Shown in pieces: positions 39,700 through 51,714 of a DNA stretch of 64,000 bases. This DNA is from Okamejei kenojei (taxonomy: Eukaryota): assembly GCA_035221665.1 (NCBI GenBank), contig CM069160.1, positions 22,072,001-22,136,000 on the forward strand. Reading direction: 5' to 3'. Made by a program: the position numbers and the translations under genes. The notes below the pieces were generated by a model. That model worked only from the letters and a program-made list of their open reading frames with translations. It had not been told where the DNA came from and did no database searches. Within the stretch, counting starts at the first letter, position 1. Every line of letters starts with the position of its first letter.

Positions 39700-41420
39700 A
39701 ATGTGTATATGTGAAAACATACATGCAAGACTACAAGACTGCAAGTCCAGATAAACTCGATGAATGTTTGAATAGAAATGCAGAAACAGAGAAGTTGATG
39801 TCCCACATATACAATGTTCTTCAAAACATCAACACCCCATCATCTGAGATTTACAGGCGTGCATGGGAATATGAGATGGGTCAACAAATCTCAAATCTCA
39901 AATGATATATGGGACGAAAGCTTACAATACTCCATACTTGCTCCTTAAATGCCAGACATTGCCTGATACAGTTTAAAGTGCTGAACAGGTAATACCACTC
40001 ATAAAACCAAACTGGACAACATTTTCACCAGTGTTTCCCCTCTTTGCGATAGTAATAATAATATATTTTATTGTCATTACACATAAGTGCAACGAGATTT
40101 GGTTTGCAACTTACATCCGATGTCATAAGTTAAACGACTTATAAAATTTAGGTTTAGATACCCCGATAACAAGGTTTGTGAAAATAGAATTAGAACAGTA
40201 AAACAGTCAAAACAGACTAAAGTGCAGATGTGTCTGTGCGACGTAGCCATCCGAGGGAGACATTCCATGGGGGTGGGGGGCACTCAGCAGGGCCGGTTCT
40301 GAGCCGCTATAGCTCTGGGAATTAAGCTGTTCCTGAGTCTGGTGGTGCGGGCGTAGAAGGCCTTGCAACGTCTGCCGGAAGGCAGTAGTTCGAACAGTTC
40401 ATTATAAGGGTGAGAGGAGTCTTTATGGATGCTGACGGCCTTCCTGAGGCACCGTGTGTGGTATATGCCCTCCAAGGCTGGTAGCGGTGTCCATATAACA
40501 TTTTGCTCTCTGTGGACGACGCGCTGAAGAGCTCTCCTCTCCGTCTCCGTGCAGCTGAGATACCACACAGAGATGCCATGCTCTCTGTCGTGCAACGGTA
40601 GAAGGTCGTCGGCAGCTGTTGGGGCAGACCAGTCCGTTTCAATGTTCTTAGGAAGGTCAGTCGTTGCTGTGCCTTTTTGACCAGCGCAGCGGTGTTGGTG
40701 GACCTTGTGAGGTCCTCTGAGTTGTGTGTGACCAGAAACTTAAAGCTGGGCACCCCCTTCACACTGTCCCCGTAGATTCCCCATTCTGTGACCTTTTCTG
40801 TGACCATAAGTGTCAGGTCCAGGAAGCCACTTTAACCCACAGTTATGTAATCTGTACAAAAATATATCTTTTTGGACGGAAATATACAGCGTCCTCTCCA
40901 ACCTACTGAAAATCCCATTAGAGCAACACTCAAAACTGATAATACTGGGACGATCAGAGGCATGTAGTAAATTGACTGCTTTTCAGCGACGCTCTGTGGG
41001 CTATGCACTAATCTCAGCAAAAAAACTCGTACTTAAATTCTGGAAGAATGCTGAAGTTCCTCCAGTGAATATGCGGTTTACAGAAATAAAAGACACATTA
41101 CATCTACAGAGAATTAGGTTTATCTTGAGTAATAAACTGGACCAATTTAAAAAAAAAATAAGGTCATATTTTATTGATTTTCTCGAGCAACACAATATTT
41201 GAACACAAATTCGAAATTACTCGTAGGGCTGTGTGAACGAGCGTATTGGTGGATCGACGGGTATATCTCCCCTCTTATTTTTTTCTCTTTTCTCTCTCTT
41301 CTGCTTTCTCTCTCTTTTTAATTCAATTTTCTTTTTGGAAAGTGTTAACATTGAAGCTCTTCACAAAGCTGTAAAATTATCAAGCTTTTTGTACAAATGC
41401 TTCCAATAAAACATTGAAAA
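39700..41420 (+). mobile_element. L1/Tx1-type LINE 3' portion (C-terminal Cys/His knuckle), split by a Rex1 insertion
   Basis: SLNARHCLIQFKVLNR...SPLCD|KCQVQEATLTHSYVICTKI...FWTEIYSVLS...AKKLVLKFWK; AATAAA near 41405 followed by an A-rich end. Confidence 0.8.
40052..40805 (-). mobile_element. Rex1/Babar 3' portion nested in the L1
   Basis: SFKFLVTHNSEDL, VKKAQQRLTFLRTLK, FYRCTTES, FELLPSGRR; (TAT)n tail; ATA duplicated at 40049-40051 and 40806-40808. Confidence 0.9.
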
Positions 41421-41448
41421 CACATTACACGTACAATTGTTTTTTTTA

Positions 41449-42549
41449 AAGAAGGAACTGCAGATGCTGGAGAATCGAGGGTACACAAAAAGCTGGAGAA
41501 ACTCAGCGGGTGGAGTAGCATCTAAGGAGCGAAGGGGATAGGCGACGTTTCGGGTCGAGACCCTTCTTCAGACTGGTCAGGGATCAGGGAAACGAGAGAT
41601 ATAGACGGTGATGTGGAGAGATAAGGAACAATGAGTGAAAGATATGCAAAAAAGTATCGGTGATAAAGGGAACAAGCCATTGTAAGCTGTTTGTGGTGTG
41701 AAAATGAGAAGCTGGTGCGACTGGGGTGGGGGAGGGAGATAGAGATAGAGGGAATGCCAGGGCCCGAGGGCTGAGGGAGAGGTGGGAAGGGGAGGAGACA
41801 GCAAGGGTTAAACAGAATTGAGAAAATTCAATATTCAAGCCCAAAGGATGCAGACTCCCCAAGCGGAATATGAGGTGCTGTTCCTCCAGCTTGCGGTGTT
41901 GCTCACTCTGGCCGTGGAGGAGGCCCAGGACCGAGAGGTCGGATGTGGAATGGGAGGGGGAGTTGAAGTGCTGAGCCACCGGGAGGTCGGGTTGGTTATT
42001 GCGGACCGAGTGGAGGTGTTCGGCGAAGCGATCGCCAAGCCTCCGCTTGGTCTCACCGATATAGATCATCTGGCATCTGGAGCAGCGGATGCAGTAGATG
42101 AGGTTGGAGGAGGTGCAGGTGAACCTCTGTCGGACCTGGAAGGACTGCTTGGGTCCCTGAAAGGAGTGGAGGGGGGAGGTGAAGGGACAAGTGTTGCATT
42201 TCTTGCGGTTGCAAGGGAAAGTGCCCGGGGAAGGGGTAGAGTGGGAGGGGAGGAAAGAATGGACAAGGGAGTTGCGGAGGGAGCGGTCTTTGCGGAAGGC
42301 AGACAGGGGGGGAGATGGGAAGATGTGGCGGGTGGAGGGGTCACGTTGGAGGTGGCGAAACTGGCGGAGGACAATATGTTGTATTTGCCGGCTGGTGGGG
42401 TGAAAGGTGAGGACCAGGGGGACTCTGCCCTGTTTGCGAGTGGGGGAATGGGGAGCGAGGGCAGTGTTGCGGGGTATGGAGGAGACCCTGGTGCGAGCCT
42501 CATCAATAGTGGGGGAGGGGAATCCCCGTTCTCTGAAGAATGAGGCCAT
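41449..42549 (-). mobile_element. Neptune-type PLE, 5'-truncated: RT C-terminal linker, Cys linker, GIY-YIG endonuclease, 3' end with hammerhead (41544-41571)
   Basis: ORF 41584..42549: RVPLVLTFHP, FPCNRKKCNTCP, NLIYCIRCSRCQMIYIGETKRRLGDRFAEH; an extra A at 41811 removes the native stop seen at 42888-42890 in the sister copy. Confidence 0.92.
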
Positions 42550-42570
42550 TTGTGATTGTCATTTGTGATT

Positions 42571-43220
42571 GTCCGACAGAGGTTCACCTGCACCTCATCC
42601 AACCTCATCTACTGCATCCGCTGCTCCAGATGATCTATATCGGTGAGACCAAGCGGAGGCTTGGCGATCGCTTCGCCGAACACCTCCGCTCGGTCCGCAA
42701 TAACCAACCCGACCTCCCGGTGGCTCAGCACTTCAACTCCCCCTCCCATTCCACATCCGACCTCTCGGTCCTGGGCCTCCTCCACGGCCAGAGTGAGCAA
42801 CACCGCAAGCTGGAGGAACAGCACCTCATATTCCGCTTGGGGAGTCTGCATCCTTTGGGCTTGAATATTGAATTTTCTCAATTCTGTTAACCCTTGCTGT
42901 CTCCTCCCCTTCCTACCTCTCCCTCAGCCCTCGGGACCTGGCATTCCCTCTATCTCTATCTCCCTCCCCCACCCCAGTCGCACCAGCTTCTCATTTTCAC
43001 TCCACAAACAGCTTACAATGGCTTGTTCCCTTTATCACCGATACTTTTTTGCATATCTTTCACTCATTGTTCCTTATCTCTCCACATCACCGTCTATATC
43101 TCTCGTTTCCCTGATCCCTGACCAGTCTGAAGAAGGGTCTCGACCCGAAACGTCGCCTATCTCCTTCGCTCCTTAGATGCTGCTGCACCCGCTGAGTTTC
43201 TCCAGCTTTTTGTGTACCCC
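42571..43220 (+). mobile_element. Inverted partial copy of the same PLE; hammerhead at 43127-43154
   Basis: Near-exact reverse complement of 41479-42132, lacking one CCAGATG unit. Confidence 0.92.
43127..43154 (+). ncRNA. Minimal type-I hammerhead ribozyme motif (best-preserved copy)
   Basis: CTGAAGA-A-GGGT-CTCG-ACCC-GAAA-CG-TC; stem I is only about 2 bp. Confidence 0.7.
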
Positions 43221-43679
43221 ACACATACAAATATGTTAGGTTAAAGCGATGGGAAAGCTCAATAACATTAATTGACTATCTACTTGATCTCCTCCCGTAT
43301 TTATATTCACGCACAGTGTATTAAACTATCAGTTGATAGTTCAACTGATAGTTCAACTGATCAGTTCAACCATCCAAAATTTCGAGTTCTCCCAGGTACG
43401 GTGATTGTCTGAATGGAAAATCAAAATACGCGTTTCTATTTTAGTGCAGATACACAAATTTAGTCGTATGTATTCGACATCCTGCATCAAACCTTAAATA
43501 TTTAACAGCTAAGAATGATTGACACAATACCACAAAGCATTTTGTTTTCGCAGATATTATTTCTCCAAGACTATTCTAGAGAGACGTAGATAACCGTTTT
43601 CCGCCATCATTTTGTTCTACACAAGTTTCTTTCTGTGTATACAAAGATGCAGTGCTCATTGCATTAGATTTGCCACATA

Positions 43680-45293
43680 CAGTGGCTTGCAAAAGTATTC
43701 ATACCCCTTGAACTTTTCCACACTTTGTCACGTTACAACCACAAACGTAAATGTATTTTACTGGGATTCTGTGTGATAGACCAACACGAAGTGGTTCATA
43801 ATTGTGAAGTGGAAGGAAAATTATACATGGTTTCCAAATTTTATTACAAATAAAAAACTGAAAAGTGCGACGTGCAAACGTATTCAGCCCCCCCTGAGTC
43901 AATACTTTGTAGAATCACCTTTCACTGCAATTACAGCTGCAAGTCTTTTTGGGTATGTCTCTACCAGTTTTGCACATCTAGAGACTGAAATTGCTGCCCA
44001 TTCTTCTTTGCAAAATAGCTCAAGCTCAGTCAGATTGGACGGAGAGGGTCTGTGAACAGCAATTTTAGTCTTGCCAGAGATTCTCAATTGGATTTAGGTC
44101 TGGACTTTAACTGGACCATTCTAACACATGAATATGCTTTGATCTAAGCCATTCCATTGTAGCTCTGGCTGTATGTTTAGGGTCGTTGTCCTGCTGGAAG
44201 GTGAACCTCCGCCCCAGTCTCAAGTCTTTTGAAGACTCTAACAGGTTTTCTTCCAAGATTGCCCTGTATTTGGCTCCATCCATCTTCCCATCAACTCTGA
44301 CCAGTTTCCCTGTCCCTGCTGAGGAAAAGCATCCCCACAGCATGATGCTGCCACCACCATGTTTCACAGTGGGGATGGTGTGTTCAGGGTGATGTGGAGT
44401 GTTATTTTTCCGCCCCACATAGCATTTTGCATTTATGCCAAAACCTTCAATTTTGTCTCATCAGACTAGAACACCTTCCTCCACATGTTTACTGTGTCCC
44501 CCACATGGCTTGTGGCAAACTGCAAACTGGACTTATTATGGCTTTGTTTCAACAATGGCTTTCTTCTTGCCATTCTTCCATAAAAGCCCGATTTGTGGAG
44601 TACGCGACTAATAGTTGTCCTGTGAACAGATTCTCCCACCTGAGATGTGAATCTCTGTAGCTCCTCCAGAGTTACCATGGGCCTCTTGGCTGCTTCTCTG
44701 ATCAATGCTCTCCTTACCCGGCCTGTCTGTTTAGGCGGACGGCCATGGACGGTAGGTTTGCAGTTGTGCCATACTCTTTCGATTTTCGGATGATGGATTG
44801 AACAGTGCTCAGTGAGATGTTCAAAGCTTCGGATATTTTTGTAGAACCTAACCCTGCTTTAAACTTCTCCACAACTTTATCCCTGAACTGTCTGGTGTGT
44901 TCCTTGGGCTTCACGATGCTGTTTGTTCACTAATGTTCTCTAACAAACCTCTGAGGCCTTCACAGAACAGCTGTATTTATACTGAGATTAGATTACACAC
45001 AAGTGGACTTTATTTACTAATTAGGTGACTTCTGAAGGCAGTTGGTTGTACTGGATTTTATTTCGGGGTATCAGAGTAAAGGGGGCTGAATACATTTGCA
45101 CGCCACACTTTTCAGTTTTTTATTTGTAAAAAAATTTGAAAACCATGTATCATTTGTCTTCCACTTCACAATTATGCGCCACTTTGTGTTGGTCTATCAC
45201 ATAAAATCTCAATAAAATACATTTACGCTTGTGGTTGTAACATGACAAAATGTGGAAAAATTCAAGGGGTATGAATACTTTTGCAAGCCACTG
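43680..45293 (-). mobile_element. Full-length Tc1/mariner DNA transposon (1614 bp) with long terminal inverted repeats (TIRs) of IR/DR type; transposase disrupted
   Basis: TA flanks at 43678-43679 and 45294-45295; ~213-bp TIRs starting CAGTGGCTTGCAAAAGTATTCATACCCC with an inner repeat GCAAACGTATTCAGCCCC. Confidence 0.97.
43899..44914 (-). pseudogene. Tc1 DD34E transposase pseudogene
   Basis: KEHTRQFRDKVVEKFKAG (HTH region), [48 protein letters not shown]; stops, frameshifts and a GTG start. Confidence 0.95.
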
Positions 45294-45984
45294 TATAACA
45301 TACCATGGCCTTTGTTCACCAGGCTTTAGCACGTCCAGACAACAAGATCCGCATTTGCGTTCAATATCTATTGATTCAAACATCACCGATGTGTCATATT
45401 TGTTCTAAATACATTTATATTCAGCAAAACGTGTAGCCTAAATTAAATAAATTGCGCTCAACATTTACCTCGAGATGCTTATCCCCTTCTACCACCATTA
45501 CACTAAACCTTCGATCTTACCTTTAATGTTATCCAAATAATTACAATAAGTTTCCAGCAATTCTCCTCCGTATCACGCTCTCAGTATTGCTTCAGACCTC
45601 CGTTACTTGTAAACATGGCAAGGTGCTTTCACTTCAGTTTGATAATCTCTGATTTTATCGCCAATCAATGCGCTTGTTTTACTTGAAACCAACAAAGGGA
45701 AATAGTTAGTTTGCCAATCTACAAACCAGATGCCTCCTTAAACCCGCGAATACCTATAGTGAAACCTTTCATATTCTCCCTCCGCCCTTGTAAATCTCCA
45801 AGGCATTTTGAAATCCCAGTGGCCTTGATGGCAGTATTTTACTGTTCTCGCGTGAAAACTTGATTTCCGCCTTGCGTGCCTTGCGAAGTGAGGAAGACAT
45901 ACCCGTTGGCTATCATTCCGTGGGTAAGCACACTTTCATTCACTGCGGTATTCAGCACGTCTAAAATGCGCGATTGGCAAGAAA

Positions 45985-46075
45985 CTGTAGATACTGCAGG
46001 AACTCAATGCGCCGGGCAGCATCAGTGGAGGGAATGGGCAAAGGACGCTTCGCATCGGGTCCCATATTCGTCGAA
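45985..46075 (-). mobile_element. Decayed PLE 3' end
   Basis: GATACTGCAGGAACTCA...GGCAGCATCAGTGGAGGGAATGG similar to other PLE ends. Confidence 0.45.
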
Positions 46076-46100
46076 TAATTTTCTTCCTGAAAATCGTGTG

Positions 46101-47003
46101 TCCTGGTATTTGTGAGGATTGTTTTTCAGAAGTTCAAAGGAAATTTGAAGCTTCTCAGATTTGTACTTCCGTTCTGATTTTCTGCACTCTCTTCTTAGGG
46201 CTCTGGTGGTGTCATTGAGCCACGGCCAGCCTTTAGGCTTAGGCTTTTTTATTTTAAGAGGAGCAACAGAATCCAAGATGGAAGAGGAAGTGGTGTTGAA
46301 TAAATCAATGAGATCATCAGTGGTGAGATGGAGGGGAGACGCCTCAATAGTGCAGATGTCGGAGTCGGCTATGATAGCCTCAGAGAACTTACTGGCAGTC
46401 GAAGCGTTTACGTAGCGGGAGTAGCGAGCAGGGAGATGGGATTTTGAGGGAGCGAGAGGCAGAGAGGCATCGAATATAAGTGCTCTACGATCAGACAAAC
46501 AGGCATCAATAATTTCTGTATTAAAACATGGGAGACCAGACGAAAGCACTAGGTCTAGTTTATGGTCAAGCTTGTGCGTGGGTCCAGTGGTGAATAGAGT
46601 CAGATTGAAGGACTCAACCAGGTTCATAAATTCACACACAAGAGGCTTTGTGGGACACAGACGAATGTTAAAGTTACCAAGAATCAGGACCCGGTCCAAT
46701 TTTGGCAACACGCTAGCGATAAGATCAGCAAATTGTATGATAAAGTCCTTATGCATTTTTGGTGAGCGATACACAAGAAAAAATAAAAGTGGACAGATTA
46801 GACCAACTATGTTCAAACATGGCGGAATGATCTGCGTTCAGAAGGCGGCAGTTGAAATGCTTCCTAAACACAGTGGCTAGGCCCTCACCGCGACTGGAGA
46901 GCCTAGGCAAGCTGAAACAGTTACAGGTATCAGGACAGAATACCACGAGTGGAGCAAGCTCACCAGGGTTAAGCCAGGTTTCTATAATCAGTAGGAAGTC
47001 CAA
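46101..47003 (-). mobile_element. L2-clade LINE ORF2 apurinic endonuclease region
   Basis: LIIETWL, VYRSPK, ILGNFNI, GPTHKLDHKLDLV, LSDR, PWLNDTTRALRRECRKSERKY. Confidence 0.85.
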
Positions 47004-47040
47004 GCCACGTCAGATGACGTCATTACCAGGAAGGAGTCAT

Positions 47041-47320
47041 TACCAGGAAGCAGTAAAACCTGCAAGAACGAAATACTTTTCCGGCCTAATTTCCAAAAAC
47101 GCTCATACCTCCAAGGTCATTTTTAGTACCATCACCTCTATCATATGTCCTGCCCCCAGCACCAGCTTACCTGGGTCCCCTGCTAAGTGCGAAGAATTTA
47201 CTGCATTTTCCTCCAGCAAAGTTAAGAACATCACATCGAATATTTCCCATCCCTTCCGTGACCTGGATGTCTCATTAAGAACTATGTTTTCCATGGATCT
47301 TGGACGAAGCAGTTCTAATT
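47041..47320 (+). mobile_element. Continuation of the same L2 ORF2 in the opposite orientation
   Basis: YQEAVKPARTKYFSGLISKNAHTSKVIFSTI...CEEFTAFSSSKVKNI continues the minus-strand ...NNPHKYQ. Confidence 0.8.
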
Positions 47321-50300
47321 AGTGAAGAATCGCTTTCTCCCACGGAAGAAACATGGATGGAAGTCCACAACAATCCACAAGCACATTAATCGGATCAAAC
47401 CTGACAATTACCACCGTTTTCCCTCGGCAAACATATCCTCGTCATCCTCTTGGTTGAGTCTACCTCAGGTTCCCTTTACTCCAGAGACAGAATCACCACC
47501 AATCACTTCAATTCTCGTGGCACCGACAAGTTTTGGTGATGGATAACGGCTGTTCCCACGCTATATTTCCGAGTACGGCGAAAAGCAGCGGTGGAAGAGG
47601 CGATCTTTGGCTTGAGAGAGAGAGAGAGGCGGTCCCGTGGGAGGGGGTGGGGCGTGGAGGAAGTTAAATCGGCAGCGAAAGAAGCCGGTCGGCCAGTGAA
47701 AGTAAATACATTGCGGCGTGCTTACAGGAGAGCGCGCTGCAGCAGTTATGGTGGCTGCCCAGCAGGAGGCCATAAAATGAGCGAGTGTGTGTGTGTGTGG
47801 GGGGGGAGAGGGGTTGGTGGTGAAGGATTTTATTTATAAATGTGTACATAAATATGTCTAAATGTAATGAGGAGTATACAATTAAAAGTGTACAGACATT
47901 CGGGTTTCTATTAAATTTATATTTACCAAAAAAAAAATGGGGCATTCCAGTTACCAGCGCTACCTGTAAAAGGACTCCATCTCGGTTTAGCAGAAACTTC
48001 TCTCCCCCTTCTTATCCTCATGGCTTGCTTTCCAAGGCATGATGCACGTTCAACATAAACACATCGTTCCCCCCCCCCCCTTTAGTATTTTAGGAGCGCA
48101 TCAATGTTCTTGATCTGACTGTTCATAAACCGACATGGAATTGACGTAATATCAGATTTAATACACGTTGTGCGCTTTGAAATTTCTTGGAAATCAGAGC
48201 ATTGCTTTACCTATGTACCTTGTGTTCGCTGCGACGTTTATCCCATCCCTGAATCATTCTCCGTATTCATGTCCATACCCTGGCCCGCCTGCCTCTTTGC
48301 TATCACTGTTAGGTTGCTGTAGTCTGCAATGCGCCTGCTTTGTTCTTTACCTACTTAGGCAGTTTTTTCACTGTTGCAAGATCTGTTCTTAAATCAATAG
48401 TAGGCTCATATTAACCCTTCTCTTTCTATTACCATGCATTCCCCTGGGCGTATTCGAAGCTATAATACCCATACATGCCATTGTTTATTGGTATTTGTCA
48501 GAATATTTGCTGATCTTGTTTAAGGTCGTTCTAAGCCATAGATAATGAGATGTTGACATCTCCTGTCGATCATTTGGCTCGCTGCATTATTTTTTTCCAC
48601 GCGTTCGCTCATTCTAGAGCTGCGAGACAACCTAATTCACATTATCATAGTGAATACTCGATGTCAATGAATTAATCAGGTTATCAGCCAATTTAACATA
48701 CCATGCTATAACTTGCCGATCAGTGGTTGATCCTTACTCCCGGTCCAACAGCGATTATCCGTTCAGCTCTCCGAACTCACTTTCTCAAACCCCTTCCTCA
48801 CAACATCTAATCTTCCCATCTCACAGCTGACATGCTGCCTGTCCATCTGAGTCCAGCATTTGGTATCCATCTTCGGTTTAAATCAACATCTGCAGTTCCT
48901 TCCCAAACATTCCACACTCCATATATATTTAAAAAATCCTGAATATGGGGCCAGTTATAGCGACAAAACATCACGGGGCTCTTACGAATAACGGTTCCAA
49001 ACAACCGTCATCCCCAGTGGATGATAATTAGAGCACCTGCAGAGAGAGTCTAATCACAATAATTCTAACATTTCATCTCTAAAATACGGCATCTATTACA
49101 CGGAACCGGAAACGACCAAGTGGTTCTGATTAATCGAATAATCGCAATTTTTCAACCGAATTGGTTAGAATGTATTATGTTATACCTGTTCAGAATTGTC
49201 CAATAAGACATTTAACTTTTTCTATCCTAGGCTGTTGCATGTAACGCGTGGAATATTTTGGAGCATATGTGATAATATGTGTATTTTACACGTGCAAATG
49301 GTTAGACGTCTGGAATATCACTATTTAATGTAAACAGCCGAACGCCTGTGATGGAATGTTCAAAGTTCCTCGAATTAAAAATTGGTTAATGGAGGTACAT
49401 CATTGCTGTGATTCGTTTGTGCGTTTTCTGCTTAATTCGGTCTTGAAGAGCTTGGTGTATTATTCATTCACTGTATGGTTATATAATTCATACTGCTGTG
49501 AAGTGTATAAACTTCGAAATTCTTCAGGGATTGGCGAAGGGATTACGCATCTCCGTGGATAGCAATATCTTATACAAACTCAAGATCTTAAGCTGAACAT
49601 CGCCCCCAGGCAGCTTCAGCTATCTTCGAAGAAATTATGACCACTGGAATATATCTGCCCGACATCTGTAACATGTGAGGTAAAACGGCGGATATTGGAC
49701 TAGCCAAGCAAATCCCAGGCCCCCATTCCGCTGGTAAATAGAGTGTACGTATATGTGTCTGCCACTGCTATATTTTTTCACATTCCACTAACGTCACTGA
49801 AATGATTCCATTAGGTGACTTCTTGTCCATTAGTAAAAGGCATGCAATTCGCGTTATGATTTTTATTAATATCCAAACCAGTAGAATAACATATGAAGTG
49901 AAATATTAATAGTGTCATTAAGTAAACACACATACATATAACGAAGTAAATGAATACAGTAGCATTAAACCATGCAATTGCAACCCTAAGCGGCTGCATG
50001 GATCTGTCATGAAACCAATTATATTATTTGAGAAGGATATAACGACGAGCATAAATTGAAGGTTTATTTATGTTGCAGCTAAACAGGATTCGTATATGTT
50101 AACTAAAATGCTATGTGATGTGCTCCCAATCTCCACTCAGGAATTCATCAAACATCTTTATAAATAGTCAACAATCAATTATGTACTTTAGGTGGCTTCC
50201 TGTAACCATAGAAGGAAATGATGACATTTTGCTTCCATTATTTGATCATGTTTCCGTTTCGGCTAAATGTCCATGAAGTAACGAGGCGGATTTGATGGCG

Positions 50301-51714
50301 GTTTATTCAGTTTAGGTCTCTATCGAAATTAGTTCGAATTTCACCCATTTGTGGTTAATGATTCGCATGATCGAATGCCGTGTTTTGTCATTTGAGGAAA
50401 GTTAATTTAAAAGGTCCATCTGAAGTAGAGGTAATTTCTGAATTTAACTGATTTAAATTACTTTCAAGGAATTCATAAATAATTTAAGATGCACAGAACT
50501 TTTTTTAGTTCTAAACTATATATACACGCTATCAAAAACTCGGGTATGGAATGGCATTGCTGAACATGTGGAGGAATAATGAAAATACAATGGATACGTG
50601 AGACGGCATTATCGTAGAGAGAAATGCAGTGTGCATTTCAAAAACGTTGATCACTTTTCAGAGTAGGTGAGGGTTCGTCATCTTATGATAAAGTGAACTC
50701 AATCTCCCACTCCACACTCTCCACTATCCCAGCCCGCCTCTTAATTCGGGAATTATTTAGTAATTTCGAAGAAATGTTTTCCAATGTTAGTCTTCCTTTA
50801 GCAAAAAGTGTTTGTTTGTTATCATGTTCTCATGCATAATATAGGAAATGGGAACAATTCGGTGATACCGCTATAAAGCCGCATTGGGAACACTTCCAAC
50901 GTGCCGAACATATCCAAGACAACTACATCTCTATTTCACCGAACAATATGTGTAATGCATGGTTCGCAAATATCAAAATTTCTACGTTCACATTCTGCTT
51001 CAAATAAGAAAGTACATGATGATGAAACTTTAATATCATAGCCAGCCTAAAATTCAATAGTTATTCCACACTCTCTAGCCTGAAGATTCGTTGATATCAT
51101 TAACAATAATCCGCTTCTTATTTTAGGCATCCAACCTTTCTCTGACAAAAACAGCATTGTTTCATTGTCCGGTGACAATTTCACCTTCCACTTAACAGGT
51201 AGAGCATGTTTCTTCGTAAAGCTGTTTTCTAAAACATGATTCTGTGTGTCGTTCAAAAGCACTTGGAAAAAGACGAACAGATGAACAGCTTTGCAGATTG
51301 TTTTACATAATGGAAAGCGGTACTATACTGTAATGCCAAAATGTATATAATAAAAGAGTGTTACGAGCATATTTAAAATAAAGCAAATAGATCCAGTTGA
51401 AGCAAACAGACTGTTTTCTCTTGAGCTCCGATACTGCTGTCGCATAAAGGACAATAGGGTTACATGCGTCCTGCAATTAAAAATAAGTAAAATTAGGCAG
51501 CAGGTAAAGGCTAATTTTGATTTAACAATTTTGAAAATAAAATCCTTTGAACCGACTTGGCAGAACATGACAATGTGAAATTGGAGCATTTGTGTTGTAT
51601 TTGAGAATTTAGTTTCCTTCTCCTTTGAACCAAATCTTACCGAACCAGCCTACAGTTTAGACTATCCATCCATTTTGTTACACTGGCCACTCTTCACCAA
51701 CCCGGATGCAGTCT

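Noticed and set aside
41818-42543. 241-aa plus-strand ORF and other overlapping frames
   Set aside because: Antisense and alternate-frame shadows of the GC-rich PLE ORF
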